64,000 nucleotides of DNA from positions 268,715-332,714 of the forward strand of contig NMRA01000481.1 of NCBI GenBank assembly GCA_002633005.1, given 5' to 3'. Every line of letters starts with the position of its first letter. The first letter of the stretch is position 1. This document shows, piece by piece, positions 11,373-26,300 of the stretch. The position numbers and the translations under genes were made by a program. This stretch comes from Phoronis australis (taxonomy: Eukaryota > Animalia > Phoronida). The notes beneath the pieces are model-generated. The model made no database searches, had not been told where the DNA came from, and saw only the letters and a list, made by a program, of their open reading frames with translations.

Positions 11373-14300
11373 GTGTGTATGTGTACATGTGTAAGTCGGC
11401 GTTTTTGTGGGTACTCCTTGAAGTTCCTTGCAACGCTAATATGAAACTTCCGATATACAATTCTGTAACCTTGTGAGAGCAGAAAAGCGTCTTCCACTTG
11501 GCTCAATTTCTGTGACACGGACGAAGCATGTAATGATTTCTTTGTGAGTATCTCACTGCTCGATAATGAAAATTCGGTGGTGTAATGATCAAGAAAAATT
11601 TATTTAGTAAACGTTTAGAAATCTCACCGCGTTAAATGTGGATCCAAGTATGCAAAATGCTGTCTACCAACTACTCTATCACCATCTAGTAGCATTTGTT
11701 TCCTCTGTTCTGCAAAATGGCTATGTGGTCAAGCAGAAGTAAATATAATCAAGTTGGATTAAATCAAGTTAGCAGTGTTTAATTATCTTGTTGAGGCAAT
11801 CAAATCACTGAACCCTAAAAAGTTGCTGAGAAAAGTAGGCGCTTATATAACTGTCATTTTTCAAGTTTTAATGGGATTTTTGATGCTTTGAAAAGGTCTT
11901 ATTTTGTATTAAGACTTTTGCATTTGCCCAGGGTCTGGTAGAAAGTATGGTAGCGTTGTCGGCACGACACACTATCCTTGGAGTGACATGTTGCTTTAAC
12001 AGGCACCACATGACTAATTTTTAAACAGCGATAAAAAATTCCAAATGTTCACCATGTCCAGTCCTATCTCGTCAAGTCAGGGGTCGTTTTCTGTTAGGTG
12101 CGGACATACTTTCTGTACACGTTGTATCAAGAATCATCTCAAGATCCAACAGACTTGCCCTGTGGATGGATACCTGCTGACCCCAGCTGACCTCCAGAGT
12201 TCAAGGGTCATCATTCAGAGGTAAGGGAATTGAGCAAAGCATTGCCATGGTATTTCCTGCTGTGGGGTAGTATCAACACTTATGAAGAGCGTCAAAACAT
12301 TTTATCTCTGTTGAATAATGGGATAACATGAATCGAAAAGTGACTCTCCCGCAACTTGAGCTTTGCATCACAAATTGCTTTTGGATCGTTCACAGACTGT
12401 TTGCTTATTTATCAAAACTATGATCAGCAATTACTTAAGTAAAACTGAAGGGCATTTGATCGGAAAATCTACTTGACTACAAACGAGGACAGAATTCCCA
12501 AGAGCAAGATGTTTTGGACTTGTTTGAATTTCGCAAAATGTGTTGTTCGAACTGTTGATACCATCCAATTGTTAGGAATTATCACGGGCGTGGTGATTCC
12601 CGTGATGTCTAATGCATTTAGTGAATGTGATGTGGATGGGATGCTCAAGATCTGGGCTATTGCTTGGTCGGTCATTGCTAGACATAACATGTTGTCTGCA
12701 GAAAAAGCTTCCTGTTGTACGTTAGTGTGGTCATACCTGAATGCTATGAAATGTTAGGAAGTGTGTTGACTGACTGAACAGACCAGCGCTTGGGTTTGTG
12801 TTGAGCATATGAGGTGAAGTGTGAATGCCGGTGCTTACGCCTGAACTGCTAGTCTGTGAGGTACGTAGTCTGATGTCCCCAACAGATGCTTAATTGTGTT
12901 TAGGAGAAACTTTATTTTGTTTTTCTCAAATTGCCTGGTTGCTCTCCCTGTTGTTTATCTTCCATCATTTGTCTGATATCTTCACCAGCCTTCTGCTTGA
13001 TGTTCTGGTCTAGTAATGATGCTGTTAGACGGCTTAGGCAACTTCATCAGCAAAGTTCGAACTCTGTAGTGAGGACAATTGTTGGCCAAACTTCATATTG
13101 AAACTCTTTCTAGCTGACTTTTTACGTTGCTGATTCTGTGACTGGCACTGAAAATGACTTTTGATTCTATATGTCTGTTTTGATACGGAAAATTCATGAA
13201 TTTGAAGTGATGGTTATCACGTCACATAGGGGGGTCAAAAAGGTATGGACCCCCTTTTTCCCTTGATTTTAGTGATATAAAATCTAGAATTGACTGAAGA
13301 CCCCTTTTAAAAAAAATCCTTTTTTCTGACCCCCTTTAAAAAGTCCTAGATCCGTCCCTGCGTCATGGATGTTTTGAACCACATTTTTTATTGTGTGGCT
13401 TCAAACAATTTGATCAGAAACTTGCTAATCATATTCTGTTATATTGTGTGTCATTTAAGGACTTCCTCAATTCATACCAATGTTAATAGATTTTTGTAAA
13501 CGATGAAGATTTCACTTGTTATTTCTGAAGTTAATTCATTTAACTTTTTTAAAAAATCCAATCTGATTTCATCTTGCGGTCATGCCCTACCCTTTCATTG
13601 TCATCTGTCTCGTGAGTATTATTCGTGGTAATTTCTCTGATAAAACAAAGCCACAGTCCAACGCGGTTTAATTAACAGTATTAACTTCATTCCTCAACTC
13701 ATCCACAAGGTTATGTTTGTTCCAGTTCAGAAAGGCATGCTTATACTTTTGTTCATTCTAAAGTCTAGTCATCTAATTTAAACCAAGCATTGACATCAAG
13801 CCCAATTTTTTTCAAATATCTGTTGGAGGATGATGCGTGGGAAAAGACAGATCCTTGTTTTTGCCACGGAGTACCAAACCCCTCTGGGCAGATATTGACT
13901 GGCGTTGATTTTGAAACAAGTATGCTGGAATAACTTCATAATTAAGGCAATATCTAAAAACCTTTTACTTGAGGCTCTAGGTGGTCACAATTTCTGGAGG
14001 TATTCCCTTGATCAAAGCATTCTGTTACTTATCAGTTGTATCCAAAATGGTATTGGATTGTCAGACTTATTCTAGACTTTTGACTGTCGAGGAGACTTAC
14101 GGAGCACGGTAAATTCTCAATAATTTTGAATGAAAATAATTGCCAAAATTAACTCTTTTCATTTTTGAAATGTTTCAAACATAGTTCAGTGGTCACAATT
14201 TATCAAATCATCGTCCAATAGTAGCAGTGGTATGTAAAGTTTAAGGTGACAAGCAATTGATTTCGTGCTACTTGTTTTTTATGAAAAACATGAAAAAAAA

Positions 14301-17300
14301 TATTAAATTTTCTTATCGGCCATATTAGTTCTAAGATCATGAGACTTTACCTTCATAGGAATCATAAAATCTTTTAGTTACGTAGTTGAAATTAGATTCT
14401 ATACCTCTACAAATGATAGTTTACTAAATATAAAAATATAAGTTCCTTTTTTTATTTGATTTTCATGTGATAATGCATGACTTTTGTCTCCTTGCGTAAA
14501 TTACACTTTTATTAATGTCCTTGGCTAAAGCATCGAATGGAATAAATGATAAAGTGATCGTCACTGTAAATAATAACTCTTTAGGGAAATGAATTAGGTG
14601 CACCTAGCAGGTCTGGCTAATTCTGTCCTGAAGCTTAATCGGTGGAAAACCACATTGAATATCACCTGAGCACTGGCTAATCGCAGGTATGATGTTACCT
14701 GGAGCATCACTTTGCTATCCTCTGTTCAAACATTAAAAATCAATAGAAATGCTTTTGGTGATGTAATTTCGTCGGTTGGAGGCTAATGGCTTCAACTGAC
14801 ATTGAATCGCGTCACATCCTTAGCATATGTTATGGAGAGGGGGGGGAGGGAGTAAACAATGTTCTTCAGAGATCTGAATTTGTTCTGTCAAATCATCTTT
14901 ATTGAATTCTTAACATGTGTTTGAATTAAAATTTGTTACAATTGACTGTCTTGATAGCCATACACACTCCTTCAGCCAGTGAAACTTACCTGCTGTGAAA
15001 GGCGATCACTCAACGAATCTGCACTCGCGTGTAGAGGTTTAGAAAGTCACCAATTATTTTTCATTGTTTTGGAATAGTGATTCTTCTTTTCCATAAAAAC
15101 AATTTTCAAAATTTTCATTGCAAGGGCAGACTACATTGCTTCAACCAATTAGTGTTTCGTAACGAATGCTATTAATAAAAGTTTTTAAATGTGCATTTTT
15201 TATGAGAATTTTGCTAAAAGAAAATTCTACTCTTCAGCCATATTGTCTGCTACATAGGTGAACAGTTACGCTACCAGCTATCTCGTCTTTGTCAACAGGT
15301 AGTGAAATAGTGTGTCTAAACGCTATTGATTATTTAACGCTACCCGATGACTTGAAGTCTGTTCCCTCGATCACCTCTCTATTGTCTTTGCACATGCCAG
15401 GAAGGCATTGGTATTGAGATTCACTGTTTACATATCTTCACATTGTTTTTGAAGTGTGTTGATATTAGCTGTGGCTCGGTCAATAGTGGTCAATACAGTT
15501 GACCGCATTATTATGACTTGGTGGTAAAGACAGATTGATTAGTGTTGCTAATTAGACGTTGTCACAAAGTGAATCGAGTGCTGTGGCTGGTTAGAGTTTT
15601 TTGCTCTTGCCACGAGGCGGTGTTGTGTCACAAATGCGTGATATCATATGGATGAATATGGAACATTACGTCACAAATGCGATGTGTTCCAGAAATTTAA
15701 AAACTATAATTTGGATACTCTTCTATTTAGTGTCTGATATGAGGGAATGTGGCGTTATGTTTTGTCAAATCTCTAAAGAAAATTGAGCATTGAGAAATGC
15801 TTGATTTGTCAGTAACATGGTTTTAACTGTTCAGCTTTCATAATTTTAGGTGAAATTTTGAACATTGTAAGAAGTTAACCAGTCTTCCATTGTGTCAAAA
15901 TGAAGGAGTTGTCCGCAATACATTACCAACACATTTCTTGTCATTTTGGAAGAATGTTATTGTCAAGTTGATATTTTTTTCATTTTAAAAGTCTTTTGTA
16001 GTTGCCCGCAATTTCTCAAAACATTGGTGATAGCTGTGGTATAGAACGTAAAAATGGAGTAAATCATTTAAACTTACAAAAAATGAGAAAACTAACCTTC
16101 AGCTATCCAACATATTGTTTCCTAAGTTTGTGAGATTTCACTGTTGTCATAGAGATGTGACAACTATGGTAAACTCTCATCAGTTTAGGACACAATATGG
16201 CCGACAAGTGATGTTGTGTTATTTCAATTTTTTCCTTGAGGGATAAGAAGTACCACATAAATACTGTTTAAGCTCATAGCTATCGTCAGACCAAGTTTCA
16301 AGAAATAATGAACAGTGTTGGCAACAATACAAGAAGCCTTTAAAAAGGAAAGACTAGCAGTTTAACAACAACTACCTGTCTGAGTTAGTTTGGTGTCGGC
16401 ACTCAGCATTGAATCAATCTTAATTTGGAGGTATTCTGGATACGAAAAAATATGGCTCAAAGCATCCATGATACTGTCTTAGGGACTTCAGGAACTATAG
16501 GCCTAGAGTGAAAAAGTAAAAATAAACGCCTTGATTCGTTAGCCAACTCTTGTGTTTGAATGACATCAGGACGTGTATGGAGAAATTATATACCAGGTGT
16601 ATGTAGTCTAGTGAACCAGCTCTTGCGATTGTCTCAAGAGTTTTGTCTGTCCTGAGTTGGTGGCCTGGCTTTAACTTGTTATGGGCAGTACACCTAACGA
16701 ATAAGTTAGTGGTTCAGATGGTGATCAGTTATTCATTCACCTGAATACTGTCGTTAGGCCTTGCTAAAATGTTGTCCAGCATCGCTCGCTGGGTACACTG
16801 ACATCTGTTGTTGCGATCATAGAGTGAATGCAACTGCTCTTCAATAATTAGTGAGCTCATTAATTATTCTAGTATTGACCTGCCTGCTAATAGCTATTAG
16901 GATCTCTTGTGACAAGCGTGACATGTACTGAGTTGGAAAGTTAAGTGAACGAACATAAAAAAACCGCCAAGAAAGAACACAATTGAATGTTTCACAATTA
17001 AAGAGAAGTTACGCAATGGATTAGGTATGGAAGTCTGTAGTACACTTTTAAGCTCTTTTCATGTAAAGAAATTGTATTGATGTTGGGTTGTCATAATAAT
17101 TGCAATTTGATAAAAGTTTGAAGTTCCAATTTTGTGGTTCTGGTTGTGATCTAAGAAATCACTTGCAAGCTGTAAACAACTCGTGCAGTTATTGAAAATT
17201 GGTTTTAAGATAACACAAATGCATTTAGGATTGAATTTCACAATATCGCTTTAAACTTTTCATATTTTGGCTGAAGGAACTCTGATCATTTCGTTTTTTT

Positions 17301-20300
17301 TTTAATGTGTAAATGATGAGGAATTTGGTAATGTTGGTGAAAAACTCACAAAATGTGAGTTCTGCTTCTTAAGCTGAGTACAGAGGAAACACTTAGGCGG
17401 TGTAAAGCGAAAAAGTTGAACAGTAGTTGATCAGTCAATCTTTAATTGGCGGTAATCCAAATTAATGCGTATTGCCAATAAATTCCTTGTCAAATGACCA
17501 GTGGTTTCTTTAGGGTGTTGCATTTCGCCATATTAGCTGGCTAAAATGAAATTAAAAAAGTTAATCATTTTGCTCTCATAAAATCGGTCTCGCAATATTA
17601 GAACCATGATAACATTCTGTTTCCAATACCAACCAGAACATGGAAACCATCGTGACTCAAGCAAATGCTTCAGGCTGTGTTCGGGCTGGCCAACCCTAAA
17701 ATTGCAAATTTGAAAGTGCTTGGCATATGTACGCATTGCCTGCGACTTGAGTAGTGCAGAAGTAGAGTCCTCTCTATGTAAAGAATGTTTTGAGATGGAC
17801 ATTATGATAGTAAATTAAAGTCTTAATTCGATTTTCATTTTATTAGCCAGTTGTGCAGCAGGGTAAAAGGTAACTTTAACTGTGTATTTATTGGTGATGG
17901 AATCTTGTGTGAGGCAGCTGCAAACAAAACCAGACTCTGCCACTGCAGGTCTCTTCAAGATTTACAGTTTTGTGATTCAGGTCTTTGCTTTCCCAAGAAT
18001 GAATGCAATTACACTGTTGATGTTACACCTACCCCCATTTTATAGATGTCTGTCTTATGTCTGTGACACATGGTCCAAATGTTTGACTCCCATTTGTCCA
18101 AGTATTTATAATATCTGTCTGTTAGTGATTACTGTTTTAGTGGTCTGGTTTACTTGTGGAGCACTTTTACTGTCAAAAATTCACCAGTAACAATCATTAT
18201 GGTGAAAAAGAATCCCTCTATGGCAAAACCCCTCTATGGCAAGGGGACTGGCAACGACTCTAGAATTCGCATCATGCCACAGTGAATATTTTGAAACTGG
18301 TAGTGCAGCATGTTTCAACTCCATGAGAAGATTAATGTAGAATTTGTGCCTTTGTACCCTAAAAAAGTGATTTAGACCATGTGCACACCAGGCCTTAAAT
18401 AAAGGGGAGCTCGAGTTTTGTAGTATATGGACCTTTTACTGAAAAAACGGGAACTTAAAAAAATGGGGTACTACGTTCAGACCTATGAATTGTCGCCGAA
18501 TTCCTGTGGACATTTACCTTGTTTTCTCGGACTTTTTGTTTCTCTGAGGCGGACCTTGTTGCCAACTTTGCCAAATCTGGGGCTCATTTGAGCCCCCCCC
18601 AGGTGCACGCATGTTGAATGAAGACAGAAATTTGGTTTTATGCTCGCAGTTCACCATTGCTGAATAAAACCTTAGCCAAGTAATTACGAGCTTGTTGCAT
18701 TTTAAAAATAATTTATCAAAATTAATCTCAGTAACTGGCAGTTATGTGTGAATTCTCAGAACCTTTGCTCTTTAGCTGAATGCAAGATTTACAGTTGCGA
18801 GTGTGAAGGGTAAGACTAAGTTTCTGACTTCTAGTCTTGAGTCACTTTTCCAGACCCCTGGAACTACTAGAATGTGAGATATTCCATAACAAATGGTCCT
18901 GGTATTGTACTCAATATAGTTGAGACAATAGAACTGATTATGATCATATCATAAACAGCCCTGCCATTATCTCCCTCCCTCACAGCTGGGGTCTGCAAGG
19001 GCGTTCTTATTAGCAGCATCCTTTTCTCATTAACACAAATTTTATGTATTGTTTTGTTTTTTCCACATCTCTTCTTACCGAGTTTTCCCCCCATCAACTA
19101 TGTTGAACAGATCGCAATTGCAATTCCGTTTTCTAGAACAGAGTTCTATTCTCGCTTACCGCAGCGTAACAGTATTCGTCTATATAGACAAAATACCTGT
19201 TCTTCCACTTTATAACACATTATAAAGCACCATGCTATTCTCATGCTATTAACAACAATAATTCATTATCAAACTGTATTTGTTCATCATGCATACCTTT
19301 AATTCTAATGTTTGACAAAGGNTGTTTCAACTGCATGAGAAGATTAATGTAGAATTTGTGCCTTTGTACCCTAAAAAAGTGATTTAGACCATGTGCACAC
19401 CAGGCCTGAAATAAAGGGGAGCTCGAGTTTTGTAGTATATGGACCTTTTACTGAAAAAACGGGAACTTAAAAAAATGGGGTACTACGTTCAGACCTATGA
19501 ATTGTCGCCGAATTCCTGTGGACATTTACCTTGTTTTCTCGGACTTTTTGTTTCTCTGAGACGGACCTTGATGCCAACTTTGCCAAATCTGGGGCTCATT
19601 TGAGCCCCCCCCAGGTGCACGCATGTTGAATGAAGACAGAAATTTGGTATTATGCTCGCAGTTCACCATTGCTGAATAAAACCTTAGCCAAGTAATTACG
19701 AGCTTGTTACCTTTTAAAAAATAATTTATCAAAATTAATCTCAGTAACTGGCAGTTATGTGTGAATTCTCAGAACCTTTGCTCTTTAGCTGAATGCGAGA
19801 TTTACAGTTGCGAGTATGAAGGGTAAGACTAATTTTCTGACTTCTAGTCTTGAATCACTTTTCCAGACCCCTGGATCTACTAGAATGTGAGATATTCCAT
19901 CACAAATGGTCCTGGTATTGTACTCAACATAGTTGAGACAATAGGACTGATTATGATCATGTCATAAACAGCCCTGCCATTATCTCCCTCCCTCACAGCT
20001 GGGGTCTGCAAGGGCGTTCTTATTAGCAGCATCCTTTTCTCATTAACACAAATTTTATGTATTGTTTTGTTTTTTCCTCATCAAGGGTATTTCTCTTCTT
20101 ACCGAGTTTTTCCCCCCATCAACTATGTTGAACAGATCGCAATTGCAATTCCGTTTTCTAGAACAGAGTTCTATTCTCGCTTACCGCAGCATGACAGTAT
20201 TCGTCTATATAGACAAAATACCTGTTCTTCCACTTTATAACACATTATAAAGCACCATGCTATTCTCATGCTATTAACAACAATAATTCATTATCAAACT

Positions 20301-23300
20301 GTATTTGTTCATCATGCATACCTTTAATTCTAATATTTGACAAAGGATTGTTCCACACTTGTGCTTATAACATTATGACTAGGCTTGGTCTTCAGCAATA
20401 TTCATAGCTATGTGTTGAGTGAAATCTTTCAGGCCAGACAAACACTTGCCAACCCCCCCCCCCGAACATTTTTTATGCATCATCTAAAACCATTCGCATT
20501 TGTATTTTTAAGAATGTTCGATCTCAGTTTTGTAGTTCACTACTAAAGCACCCTCTAACTACAGGTTTAATTCAATCCTATACCACTGAAGTACCATGGA
20601 ATTTCATGAGACTTGGTGCAGTATTCATGGGAAAAGAAATGAGTAAATGAGAAATGGACTGAGTTAGCAAGACCCAAATTGAGATTAATGAGAAGAAGAC
20701 AAACAGCTTGATAGAGAAGAAATGTGTTAATAAGAAAATGACCAGTAATGAGACCAGATGATGAGGGAAGACAGCCCTGATAAACACACCACCCATCCGG
20801 TACCAGCCGGGGGGGGAGGGGGCAGTTTGAGGGGANGGGGGGGCAATTTGAGGGGAAGAGTTGGGATGGGATGTGATACGCAAACAGCAGGACATTTCAT
20901 GGAATTTACACGCTACAAAGTTGTACCTGGTTTTCAGATTGAATAAGCTCCTCTGTCAGTGTTCATCTTGGGGGTTGCAATCCTCACGATGATTTTTGTC
21001 TGATAGACAAAGTCTCCTTGGTTAAGGGTTTTAGTTGTTTGTTTTGCTGTGAGTCTACAAAGCTCAGCTCTTTGATCTTATCCAAAAGTGAAAAATCGAG
21101 GAAGTTGACGGAGGCTTTTAAATGATAATTAAGGGTACTGCTTTGAGTGCTCTTTCATTGGACTGAATTACACTGTTGTGTTTACTGCTATATGTAGAAA
21201 ATTAACAAAACATGGAAAAAATCGACAAAAATACTTCATACTTCAGCTTTTGTCGCTAAAAGTTATTGAACATTGTTTTATGTCAAAAATTTCTTTCCTC
21301 CCTTGAGATAGGAACACGCTTCTCGATATGTGCTGTACTAATCCAATGATTTCGGATTGAAATTTATCGCTACTTGTATAAGCCAGTGGATTAGACACAT
21401 CCGCCTTCAAGTGTTATTATGTGCAATCAATGTTGCTGTGATTAGATTTCAGAATTTATGACGTTTTAAGGAAGTTCATTGTTTGGCGTGACGCAAAGTT
21501 GTAGCTTTGCTGAATTAAGCCTGTAGTGTTGGTCAAAAGATGGTGACTTAGCGAGATTAATTGTATAGTGTTGGTCATAGAAAAACTAATTCGCTCCTTT
21601 CTGTTAATTGATGGATTGGGCGTAGATGCATTAATGTGGAATATATTAATAGTATCATGCATTGCGTTAGTGCGCTTGACTACTCACGATAATTATCTGA
21701 ATGAGCGGGATAGGCTGACGGGAATGGTGGAACGTATTCAATAAAATTCAGTGTCGGTGTTTTGTAGTATGGTAATTTTGTACTTGTTTCGAACAAAACT
21801 AATTGCCAAAATCGTCATTTTTCCATTTTTCAAAGGCCTATTACTTTACTGTAAATGATGGAAAATTTGCCAAAAGTTGTTTTGTGGCATCTACAAAGTA
21901 CAAACTATGACAATGATGGACTAAATTCTTCTTAATCTTGTGAGGAAACTTGACAAAATAGAATTTCACTCGGCCATGTTGTGTGCTAAATACAGTGAAG
22001 AATTCAACCATAAAACTTTCTACTCTGTTCATTAGAATAATTTGGCAGAAGCCCCTCCTGTAGGCAAAACTTGTCGAACACATCACCATGTTCATGAGCA
22101 ATAATTCAGTTTCAACTCTTGTTCCCCTCAACTAATCTAAAATCCACAGCTCTTGTCCGAATAAGGATTTGGGCAATTGCCATTTCCGAGGTTTTACTGT
22201 ACGTACTTTGTCCATGTTTAAGGAAAAGTGAAATCAGGTCTACCACACACTGGTAGTGAATTGCAAAGTCATGGAATACTTGTCATTACTGAAAAATGTT
22301 CACATCATTTGTCCGCCTGCTACAAAAGATTAATTTTCTCGTTTATGTAACTCTCTTCTCTTCCACCTTGTGTCTGTATTGTCATCCATCTTACATATCT
22401 TGCCGCAGCATTCACCGTGGGTTTTCATGTCGACATCGTGTTCTATATCGCGGTTACACGCCGGTGTGAATTGCCCACTTGAGTTAAGCAAACTTCCCTA
22501 CTGTTTGCGAAAATGCATTTGTGAATGGCAAAAATTGATTTTTAATTTTCACTTGTTTCTATTCAATACCTGTGGAACTTTATCGATCTGCAATGGTGCA
22601 GTTATGGTTGACCGCTGCGGATTACATTTTTGATTTTTTTCTTGATATACCGTATATCTGAAGTCATTTAGACTGATGGTGAAGCAAAGTCTGATTTTGT
22701 ATTGAGTATTGCGATTAATATTGCGGGGACCCAAGTTTGGTGAATGAAGGCAGCAAAATTCAAATTAAAATGATTTTCTATGTCATACAGTAAAACAAAT
22801 CATGATCCAGACAAACCTGATCCAAGGTTATTGTTAGAGAACGCCAGGACACCCCGGATTATTAATCGTTTCGCTGTATAACATACAAAAAATTTGTTAG
22901 AATTTGAGTTTTCACCCTCTTTTTCTTCAAACTCAGCTCTTGCAACTTAACAAACTTCCTTAATTTAGGACTGAGTCTTCTCTGTTAGACAATAGAGCTT
23001 GACAAGGTGAAGTATATTATTCAATAGTTTTAGAGTTATTTCTTACCAAAACATTTGTATAATTTTAGAGACCATTAATCAATGTTTTCATTTGTTTTGT
23101 AATTTTGGACATGATATCAAATGTTTAGTAGAAATTTGTTTCTGTCGAAAATTAAATATTCAGTGTGAGGTTACATTAAAATCGTACTAATTTCAGCAGC
23201 AAAATACAACTGCCAAAATTGCCCCTTTTTTCTTTGCTCAGCTGTTATGAGTGCCCACATTTTTTCCAAACACTGTCATAATATCAGCTACGGTACAGTT

Positions 23301-26300
23301 GAACATGGAAAAGCATTACTTTAGTGCTTCACACGTTTTATAAAAAAGAAAAAATAGAATTTCACATGCTCGCCATTAAATGTGAGATTTGACTGTGTTC
23401 TAAAGATGGAAGACTGTCTTGTAATGTCAAATTGTCTGATTCATGTTGCTCTTGAATGTTTGAGTTAATATCAGTAATTAGTCAGTGTAGACCCCAAAAC
23501 TACTTTTGAACAAGTTATTGGTTAAATGGGCTCTTGGATTTTGTGAAATAACTAGTAATTTACAAACTTCTCCATTAAAAAACATTTCATTTTATATTGC
23601 AAGTTTATTTTGTTTTCAGCTCAGCATTGCCACTGATAAAAAATCATTACCCACACAAATTAGTATTGCTTATTTTTGTTGGTTATGCTCTAACCTAAAG
23701 CCCTGTATTGAAATTACAATACACTTTTGTCGAGGCCAAAATATTGCAGCATACATCTTAAGCTGTTTTTACACCGGGAACAGTTGTCATGGTGCGACTT
23801 GCTCCACTTAAGTCGCATTTACGTGACGTTAGATCGCAAACTGGATTGTCACAAGTTATTTACATGAAGACTGTCTGCGCATGCTTGTATTAACAACAGC
23901 GAAAGTCCAAACCTGGTGGAGATGGAATACTAGTGAATCACTTGTATTTACGCTATTACGCAAGCGTAATAGAGATGATCTCTTATGTTATGTCCCAGTT
24001 TGTGTTTAGACGCTCTACTTCTCACACAGGCGTCAAAAATGGCCTCCGAAACTTGGTCTGTTTCTGTCATGTTTACAGACACAATTGCACCCAATCAACT
24101 GTAGGGTCGTGTTCGGACAGAAAATTCTGGTATCTATTCGACTGCTTGCAAGTAATTTTGGCAATAGTTTGTGAAGGGCAATTACGTAATTCAAACTCTA
24201 ACACAAGCTACCACCGTAGTCAGCAGATGTACAAACCTAGAAGACGTAAAACGCCTGGCTAGCTCGGCTGAAGTAAAACGGTATAACTCGGCAGACACTG
24301 CTAGTGAATAAGGTTACGGTTTGTGCGAAGGTCACAGATCTTGTGCATTGAGAGTGTGCCGAGTTGGCGGTCCATGTAGTATACGTAGTTTACAGTTGCA
24401 GTGAACAGTGTGATGCCATTCAGGTGTTAGTTCTCAACATCATCAATAGATGGCACACATTCTACACATGGTAGCAGACTGCAACATAAGTACAGGGAAA
24501 TGAGCCGATCAATAAGAAATGAGAGTCTGATGGTCGAGCGTTAGTTAATGACTATATGCTAGGGACAGCATTAAGTTTACTTCAAGTGATGTCTGAATTT
24601 TTGCTTTCAGTTTTATAGACTTACTGTCAGAGTCTGATATTTCTAGTATTTCCGCGTTACCATAACTGTGCATTATATGAAGACTTGATTGAGCCTAATT
24701 GTTAAGCTTTCTTTAAAGTGGCGATCAAAATCGAAAAGTTTTGAAACGAAATGAAATTCAAGTGATATTGGATCGAATTATTGGGAAATTCTTAGGATAT
24801 ATCTAAAGAGGGTTGTAGATTTGCCATTAAAAGTGATATTATAAGTCACAATGTTGTGTATTTGATATCAGCCACAAAAGGGTTTCAAACCTTGATCTCA
24901 CCAGTCGCAGTCCAGCGGTGTGTTAGTAGAGTTGTAAGCAATGCTTCTTGTACCCAATAATAGTAATAACCGATAAGATCACTGGCCTAGATATTAGTTT
25001 TTCCGAAGCGATGGAAACTAACCTCGGTTGTCGGTGTTTTCTGATAAAATCACGTTAGCAACAGATTTTTCTTTGCCCTGGTCAAAGTTGAACTACATGA
25101 AGCCTATTCCATCCAACAATAATCCAAGCGATGCACTTAATTCGTTTAGTTCAACTTTTATTTGTTTCGAAAATGAAATTGTCTTTTTACCAGATACCTG
25201 TTCAATTTACAAATGGTAAATTTTAGTAATCCACGAATCTGCAACACCATTAGGTATGTATGCATGTATGCTTTTGTGTATTTAATTTCAATGATATGTA
25301 ATTTTAATTTAAATGTCAAACAGTTATCAAGTGGACAAAGGTACAATGCGTTGTCATGGATGAAATTCTGTAAATTTAATTGAAGAGCCGGCTTGCTCCA
25401 TGACTTCTAATGTAAAACATTTTGTTTCGCATTTGAAGATCACTTTTCCAAAAATAAAATTTGTTTAACCTTTACGTTGTACTAAAGAATATCGACTTTC
25501 CTGCCTTTGTTCCTGCGGGAGTACTCAGGTGACAAACATTCTCTTCTCTCTGTTACTGTCAGGAGTGTCGCAACTGTAACATTATATCTAAAGACAACAC
25601 AACTTGAGTGAACACCGATTAAAGGGCTAAGTGAGGTGGCCGGTTGTTTACTTAACCACTTTGCTTAACAATAGCTTTAGAAGACCCTTGTAGGAATTCT
25701 GATAAAGCTTTTGTCAATGGGAATGCAAATTTTGTGCCTAAAATGTGATAAACACGATAAGTTTTTATTAAGGTCATTTTTCACTTTTTTGTCTACTTTT
25801 AACAGAATTGAATTTCCAATATAAATGGAGTAATTTTTCATGATAAAGGTTTAAATTTAAGGCTTAAGATTAGTATTTCGTAAACTGGAGCCATTTTTCA
25901 AAAAGGCATGTTTTTATTTTAAGGCTGTTCTAGCTTATTTTAAAATAATGAACTTTTAATGAAAAACTAATGTTGTAATTTTTCAAAAAGTTTTCAAGTG
26001 TTATTTTTGGCCTTTTTCAGTTGATTTGAACAGCTGCTTCTTTGTTATTCGTTTATGGGACACCCATCATTTCGTAAATAAAGTGCTTTACTTGCCTATT
26101 AAACCATTTTTATATCAATTTTAAGTTTGCTTCTTTGGAAAACAGAGTGAAATCTTATAAAAACAACTAGACTCATACTCAGTGCCACATTTACACGTCA
26201 TCGAGACATGGATCTCATCCAATGAATTTAAAATTCATTGTATTCGACACAGTGAGTTTTATTGAACACCTTCGATAAAACTTCAGAGCAGTGGAGAGTT

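Noticed and set aside
11051-11518. 155-aa minus-strand ORF
   Set aside because: Antisense shadow of LNX exon 1 with no recognisable homology.
18311-20346. Real 1-kb tandem duplication
   Set aside because: A single N lies exactly at the junction and the divergence is allele-level, so unmerged haplotype overlap is the simpler explanation.
20806-20870. G-quadruplex-like G-run cluster
   Set aside because: It contains an N, and similar G runs occur in repeat remnants across the window. There is no specific evidence of function.
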